Assembly: GCA_951406725.2 (NCBI GenBank)
Contig: OX597835.1
Span: 12,090,001-12,154,000, forward strand
DNA: 64,000 nt
Direction: 5' to 3'
Origin: Octopus vulgaris
Taxonomy: Eukaryota
The notes under the pieces were generated by a model. The model had not been told where the DNA came from, ran no database searches, and worked only from the letters and a program-made list of their open reading frames with translations. Position numbers and translations under genes: made by a program. This document shows, in pieces, positions 56,401 to 64,000 of the stretch (its first letter is position 1; every line of letters begins with the position of its first letter).

Positions 56401-57007
56401 AGCAACTATATGATACTAGAAAAAACCATGTAATTACTGCACAGATAGTGACTGCTAAAAACGATTTTCTTTTAAAATGAAGATTAAAATCTAATTAAGA
56501 AGAAAGAGAACATACGGAACATAATGACTATCAATATGGAATAAAAACTAATTTAATCAGTCTGAAGAATTACCGGAAGAGCGCTACAGAATTAACAAGA
56601 AAAATACGTTATCTTAAGACAATCAGAGAAAACCTACGTATATATCAGCGACGGTGTTGTGTTGGAAAGTAGACTTAGAAAAATATTTTCGTTATAGTGG
56701 TGAAGAGCTTGCTAAAGATATAATTAGAAGAATTAGTGAGAATTCATATTCTTAGCCATTATTCAATATAAATAACAAAATATATCAGGTATTACAACAT
56801 TATTAGTCAAAGCATTTACGAAATATTCAATTAGGAAAATGAGAGAATGCATTACAAAATAATTACATAGATATATGTAAAAACACATTCATGTATGTAT
56901 ATATACATACATTTTTGTATGTATACATATATGTATATATACATACATATATACATACATATATACATACATATATACATACATACATATATACATATAT
57001 ACATATA

Positions 57008-57064
<57 letters not shown>

Positions 57065-57433
57065 ATATGAAAGAAGGTTTGAAAATTCTATTTTAAAGAT
57101 GTTTATTCACTTGACCGGTTTCACTTTTTTAGAAAAAGATTGTCAAAAGTAAAATGTAAAGCTTTGTATAAGCTTTGATGTGTTAAGTACTGGTTGTCAC
57201 AAAAGTATTAAAGTACGTGTAAACATTCTTTGTTAAAAACAGTTTACAAGAAAGTATTCAACAAAAAGTATTAGGAGGTCAATAAAAAGCATGTTTGTTT
57301 GGTAGTATAGATATACACAGACGGAGATATATTTAAGAATTTACAAAAAATTGGAGAGGAACTGACCTGTATTTCTGACATTTTTCTGTCTTGTGACAAA
57401 AATGTTTTATTAGCTACGGATATATATATACAT

Positions 57434-57523
<90 letters not shown>

Positions 57524-58016
57524 TGATTGATTGATTCAGGGGCTTTGGTCGAACAAATCTACCCTGTACTCCCTTTCTCTCTCGCCATCCTGTTCCATCA
57601 TTATAAACTTGAATTGGGAGCTTGAGTCAAAGTGAATCTTTCATTAGCTCATTATGCAACCATGGATGCCACCCCCTGAGATGCCACCCACTTCAGATGC
57701 CACCCCAGTGGATGCTTTACAGTTACTCTCTTGATTGAACTTCTTGATCCTGACCGTTGATCTTCTAGGACTCCCCCCCCCCCCCGCCGCTCAGCATTAA
57801 TGTAAGACTCACTGTTGGTTCAGTTGAGCTCTTCCGTAACCTCTTCACAATCCGCCACGCTGCGGTCCCATAACTTCGCTTTACCCCTGACAGGATATGC
57901 TGAACGGGTGCTGCACCTAACCAAAGAGTAACCCGTAAGTATGCAGCACACAGATGCCCCTTCGTGTGGTATTTTCAAAATACCCACATACCTAAATAAG
58001 TAACCTGGTAATTATT

Positions 58017-58133
58017 TTAAAGCCTACTACTAATTCTATTTTTTCCCTTTTGCCAAACTGCTAAGTGAGAAAGACATAAATACAAATCAACACCCCTCAT
58101 CAAGAAATGATGGAAGCCAATCATAAATACAAA

Positions 58134-58195
<62 letters not shown>

Positions 58196-58440
58196 CACAC
58201 AAGTGAAATGAGAAGTTAGTACACATTCATAGACAATGGAATCGCCCAGCCACTACACATTCTTTATTTTCTCTCCTTGTTTCTTTCTGTGTTCCTTTCT
58301 GTGGAAGAGCGTAGGCTCGAAACGTTAAAGACTTTTTCACTTCCCGAGCGTTATACTAATACATCTATTTGTTATCTACGCCACCTGTCTTCGTCTTTTG
58401 TTGTTGTTTTTTTGTAAATTATTCTAATTATTTGGCTTTG

Positions 58441-58505
<65 letters not shown>

Positions 58506-58605
58506 TGTGTATATATATGGCATCTTTCAGTATCCGTCTGCCAAATCCACTCCCCAGGCATGGAGACTGAACCTGGGACCATGTGATTTATATAGCCACG
58601 CCTAT
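58017..58605 (-). mobile_element. old SINE family A split by a Penelope-like fragment
   Basis: 3' half at 58017-58135, 5' half at 58520-58605. Confidence 0.65.
58245..58430 (+). mobile_element. Penelope-like terminal-repeat fragment with minimal hammerhead-like motif (58295-58330)
   Basis: cttt-CTGTGGA-a-GAGC-gtag-GCTC-GAAAC-GTT-aaag; homologous to 7926-8110. Confidence 0.65.
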
Positions 58606-59096
58606 ATAGATTTACTGTTGCCGCTACTCCTGCTGTTGCCGCAGCTGCTACTGCAAATGATGACGAGGAGAGGAGGAATAGGAGGGGGAATAGGAGGAGG
58701 GAGGGAGAAGTTGCAGCAGGAGGAGAAGAAGGAGGAGCAGAAAAAGGAGGAGCAGAAGGAGGAGTGGAAGAAGGAGGGGAGTAAGAGGAGGCTTCGAGTT
58801 GGCATAATGATTAGATCAGCGGGAAAAAAAAAACTTTCCAATATTTGCTTCGGCTCTTTACGTTCTGAGTTCAAATCCAGCCACGGTCAACTTCATCTTT
58901 CATGCCTTCAAGTTCAATAAAATAAAGTAGCCGTCAGACACTCTTATCGGTTGTATCGAATAATTTTCTCCTCTCTCCATTTGCTGACTTGTGCCAAAAT
59001 CAGAAACCATTATTATTGCTGTTGTTGTTGTTATTGACTCTTTTTATCTATGACTGAAAATAACAAGCGCTTTATTATATGACATATAAAATTGTA

Positions 59097-59500
59097 AGGC
59101 GGCGAGATGGCCGAAACGTTAGCACGCCGGGCGAAATACTTAGCGATATTTTGTCTGTCTTTACATTTTGAGTTCTAATTCTGCCGAGGTCGACTTTGCC
59201 TTTCATACTTTCGGGGTCGATAAATTAAGTACCAGTTGCGCACTGTGGTCGATGTAATCGACTTAATCCCTTTGTCTGTCCTTGTTTGTCCTCTCTGTGT
59301 TTAGCCCCTTGTGGGTAGTAAAGAAATAGATATTTTGTCTGTCTTTACATTTTGAGTTCTAATTCCGCCGAGATCGACTTTGCCTTTCATCCTTTCGGGC
59401 TCGATAAATTAAGTACCAGTTGCGTACTGAGGTCGATCTAATCGATTGCCCCCCCCCACTCCCAAAAAATTTCGGTCCTCGTACCTAAAGTAGAAAAGTA
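59097..59500 (+). mobile_element. SINE family B dimer: head-body-tail X-body-tail Y
   Basis: Bodies start at about 59145 and 59329 and share private variants. Confidence 0.9.
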
Positions 59501-59714
59501 TATGACATATAAAATTGTTTTCAAATATTATATTTAACAAGAGACCAAATAACTTTTAAAAATAGTTCTGATGCGTCTATCGGCCGCTCGTGGGTACTCC
59601 ATTTTGTCCCCAGCCGCTAGATAAAATTTACCTCCGTCCCTCCTCTCAACGGGGAGGGGGGGTCCGTACTTCCCACTTTGGAAAACTCTGATTTACTCCG
59701 TCAGGTTTTGTCTC

Positions 59715-60061
59715 TTTTATCTTTTACTGGTTTCAGTCATCCGATCGCGTCCATGCTGGAGCACTGATTTGAAGAGTTTTAATGAAATAGATTGACCACA
59801 GTACAATTTTTTTTTCTCTCGATGTAGTACCTATTCTGTTGATCTCATTTGCCGAAACGTTAAGTGACGGGGATTAAACAGACCAAAACAGGCTGTCAAG
59901 CGGTGGTAGAAAAACATGGGCACAAAGACATTGATACAGAAATATACTGATATATATATATATATACCCTTCTTCTCCCCTTCTTTCCTGAGCGTCCAAT
60001 AATACTTTATTTGTTCCACGTCCTTGCGTTGTTGTGTTTTTTTTTGTTTTCTTGTTTGGAT

Positions 60062-60111
<50 letters not shown>

Positions 60112-60325
60112 TATACATATACATATACATATACACAGTGTGCGATGGGTAAATTGTCGCCATTGTCTGTTTCTGATTTCTGTCCACCAAATTTTTTTCA
60201 CAAAGCATTGGTTGGGCGATCCGGAACAGTTGCGGAAGACACTCGCTCAAGATGCCGCACAGCAGGATTGAACTCGAAACCTCGTACTTACAAAGCAAGC
60301 TTCTTAACCACGCAACCATATCCGT
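59715..60325 (-). mobile_element. old SINE family A split at its internal microsatellite
   Basis: 3' half at 59715-59935, 5' half at 60170-60325; the insert at 59970-60065 resembles the Penelope-type fragments (ttcctgagcgt...). Confidence 0.65.
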
Positions 60326-60539
60326 GAAAGTCACCGTAATAATTGCTGATATAACGGGAAAGTTGTAGCATTGCATGTCAAGGGAGGTAAATGCTGTGGG
60401 TGGGATTTTGCAGAGACCGCTGCGCCGTGATTGTCTTTGCCGAGTGTTCTTTTTTTTTCGTTGTTTGTGGAAAATTAGAAAGAATAAGCGTGGAAATGTC
60501 TTTATGTTCAACATCATCAGCACGTCTACCACCATAATA

Positions 60540-60549
60540 ATACCGTCAG

Positions 60550-60589
<40 letters not shown>

Positions 60590-60714
60590 TTCATTATCAT
60601 CACCACCTGCACCATAATCATCGTCAGCGTTGTTGAAACCGCCATTAGTGTCTCTGTTGTTAATATCGTCGTCGTCGTAGTCGTTGTCGCCGTCGTCGTC
60701 GTCATCATCTTCAT

Positions 60715-60772
<58 letters not shown>

Positions 60773-60990
60773 TTTATTATCATTACCACTAGCACTATTA
60801 TCATCGCTGTCGTCGTCGTCGTCGTCATTATCATCATCATCACCATCATCATCGTCATCATCATCATCATCACCATCATCATCGTCATCATCATCGTCAT
60901 CATCATCATCATCATCTTTATTACCATTACCACTAGCACTATTATCATCGCTGTCGCCGTCGTCGTGGTCATCATCATCATCATCACCAC

Positions 60991-61025
<35 letters not shown>

Positions 61026-61029
61026 CCAC

Positions 61030-61070
<41 letters not shown>

Positions 61071-61074
61071 CCAC

Positions 61075-61109
<35 letters not shown>

Positions 61110-61113
61110 CCAC

Positions 61114-61148
<35 letters not shown>

Positions 61149-61306
61149 CCATCACCATCATCATCATCATCGTCATCATCATCATCATCATCATCTTTAT
61201 TACCATTACCGCTAGCACTATTATCATCGCTGCCGTCGTCGTCGTCGTCGTCGTCTTTGTACCCGTCGTCGTTGTTATCATCATCATCATCATCATCATC
61301 ATCACC
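60540..61306. repeat. (ATC)n tract with three higher-order units
   Basis: tctttatta(c/t)cattacc(a/g)ctagcactattatcatcgctg at about 60771, 60915 and 61194. Confidence 0.95.
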
Positions 61307-61959
61307 ATAACGCTAATGGTAATCGTTTACAAAATGGTTTCTATAACAGTTATTACATGTTACAATTCATCGTAAATTCACTTTCTGCTCCATTACTCGA
61401 CATTAGGTTTATTCTCAAGATAGCTTTAAGAAATAATGATTAAATTCAGTTTAAGAACACTATGTTTCAGTATGTTAGCTTTATGACTTATATTCCTCTT
61501 AGAAGATCTTTAAGATTTACTAATCTTATTTATGGATTAGATCGAAGCCTTAGCTATATTTAATATTACTATTTACAGTTATTTACTTCCAATCACATAT
61601 TCTTACTTATTGAATATTTGTGATCACCTTGCTTCATGAATTTACGATAAATATTTTCATATTAACCGGAAATAAAGCCATAATATTTTACAGCATTAGT
61701 ATGATACATTCAAAGTATGACATAACAAACATCTGTGATCTATTTTCAAAGTATTTATAAGTACCAAATCGGCAATAAAGCAGAAGTATCAGAGTCTCCC
61801 TGAACGGTTTTTCAGTAAACTGTACTCGGTGCCTTGAAGTTCTGAGTTTATATTACACATTTTTTTAATGGGTTATTCATAAAGCCACCATTAGTAAGGT
61901 ATGGCGGTCCTCTGGTGGAAATGCACAGATAGAATTACGTCGAAATCGGGTCAGGAATG

Positions 61960-62560
61960 GGCATGCGCAGTTGTGGCGCGTCGCTGCATCCACCGTTGTT
62001 TGTCGGTATCTGCGCAGGTCATCCTAGGTGACTCTTCAGGCAATGACCCAACCAGTTCTAACCTCCGCGAGAGTGGAGGCACATGGCCTAGTGGTTAGAG
62101 CAGCGGACTCGCGGTCGAGGGATCGCGGGTTCGAATCTCAGACCGGACGATGTGTGTGTTTATGAGCGAAACACCTAAGCTCCACGCGGCTCCGGCAGAA
62201 GGTAATGGCGAACTTCTGCTGACTCTTTCGACACAACTTTCTCTCTCACTCTTTCCTCCTGCGTCTTGCAGCTCACCTGCGATGGACCGGCGTCCCGTCC
62301 AGGTGGGGAACCTATACGCCCAGGAAACCGAGAAACCGGCCCTTATGAGCCAGGCATGGCTCGAGAAGGAACAAACAAACAAAAGAAACACCTCCGCGAG
62401 ACGCTTCCTCATCCGCCGACACCATAAAGCACGAGGCCGACCAACACGATCACTACAGCCGGATTCTCTAAATTATTGCGAAACCCTACGTTAACAGACG
62501 ATCAAAATAGTGGGAGGATACAATGATGTACTTCCCTGGTGCTACATGTGTATCGGCTTC
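61960..62560 (-). pseudogene. RTE LINE 3' relic interrupted by a SINE
   Basis: With the SINE removed the frame reads RVGRPRALWCRRMRKRLAEV....DDLRRYRQTTVDAATRHNCACP. Confidence 0.6.
62073..62389 (+). mobile_element. SINE with family C head/middle and family D 3' part; 12-bp TSD
   Basis: tRNA head tggcctagtggttag...ggttcgaatctc, (ACAA)n tail, acctccgcgaga at 62061-62072 and 62390-62401. Confidence 0.9.
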
Positions 62561-64000
62561 TCGTCAAAGTGTGCTGGAAGGATTTCCTTCATGGTCTTTG
62601 ATTTGCATATATTTTGTACCACTTTCATCGACCCCAAAATGGACCAATGGCATAGTTGGCCTCGGCTGGATTTGATCTCAGAGCACAAAAAGGTCGGAAC
62701 AAATACCACAAGGTACTTTTACCCCACTCTAAAGATTCTGTTCCTTCGCTACCTTAACAATAGAAACATTGATCTACATCAACCGTATTTCATTCATCGA
62801 AGTTAATATATTTTACATGGAAAGAAATTTTAAATAAAGTTTGAGCAGAGAAGAATTGCATGTGAAGGAAGCATTTTACAATTGTTAACATCTTTCATAA
62901 GTACTTTCAACTTTTCAATCTTTCTTAAATACTTTATATCCTCTCAATTTATCGACTTCATTGTTTGCTCCATTCTAAATTAGGACCTTTTATACAACAA
63001 TATATAGCATTATTCTTGAAATGTTTAACTAAGAATTGCTTTCATTTTTCTTTTGAGTTAAAAATGTCAAAGAAAAGCAGTTCTGGTTGTTTGCCACAAT
63101 AACTTTGGTCTTGCTTTTCAATTATTTTGTCTCTGGACAATAAACTCTTAATGCGGTATGTCTTATTTTTAGAAACTATATATTAATTATGAAAGTATTG
63201 CAACAATAAACTTTCGCCTACACAAAAGAAGATATTCCTGTAACATCATCATAACTTTTATACAACCAGTATCTTGTGTTTGCTTTACGTGCCAGAATCT
63301 TTGAGGAGATAATATTTTATGAATGCACCTTATCGCATGGTTAGAAAATTTGAAGGATACAGAAAAGGACATTAATTATCTTCATATCAACGAACGGGTA
63401 TTTCGGGTATTTAATATTAATGGATATTTATTCGACTCAATTATTAAAATATCATCAAAATGCAGATATGGCCTGATCTGTATTCATCAACACACAATTC
63501 TAGGTTTACTGTCATCAGAATTAAATTTCTGAGACCTAATAGTCATCCAACTTTCCAATTTTCACAAGTGAGTTTTCACTGAAATCTAATTCTTAAAGTG
63601 CAATTTAAAATTACGACAAAAATTGGAACATCTGATCCATATAACTGGAGGAAATTGAGAAATCTATGAAGATAATTAATTGCTAACACAATAAGTGAAA
63701 TACAATTATTCGGATATTATATCATATCCGAATAGTAGTAGTAAATATATTCTTGGGTTCCTGCATTTACTTTCGCGTTTATACCTAATAGAAAACTAAA
63801 TATGGAGACAGAGCGCCCACAGATTACTTACAATGTACTGTTAGAGTCACTTCTACTTATATTCGAAATTCATTAACGTCACAACTCATTTCAATAGCGG
63901 AAGGAAAAAGAGGATCGCCTTGGAGTATTAATAAAGTAACACTGTTCCAATCGCCGGTTGAAATATTTGAATTCCATATACACTGTCGGCTTATAACATG

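Noticed and set aside
62850-63700. Possible ancient DNA-transposase relic on the minus strand (GSDVPIF, GAF..K, VNNC fragments)
   Set aside because: Motifs are too short and degraded to call without an HMM search.

Overview
AT-rich, gene-free eukaryotic DNA, most likely from an Octopus genome (inferred from the SINE families and the extreme microsatellite load). I find no credible host exon, and nearly all ORFs in the track are translated microsatellites. The window is a mosaic of microsatellites plus: four tRNA-derived SINE families (labelled A-D here); LINE relics (CR1, several RTE, an R4/Dong-type REL-endonuclease 3' end, an L1/Tx1-like 3' end); a Penelope-like RT relic and Penelope-type terminal-repeat fragments with hammerhead-ribozyme-like motifs; a full-length but dead DD34E Tc1 transposon with long IR/DR TIRs; hAT remnants; non-autonomous Helitrons; a Gypsy gag relic; and two long palindromes. 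The most striking structure is a SINE-B variant that forms four dispersed head-to-tail arrays of a 184-190 bp unit. Three of the four arrays are nested inside other SINE-B copies. The unit's 3' tail is shared with the L1/Tx1-like LINE fragment at 4.8-5.3 kb, which suggests a LINE-driven SINE that targets and amplifies within its own family. Boundaries of degenerate elements are approximate, and clade names come from recalled motifs, not database searches.
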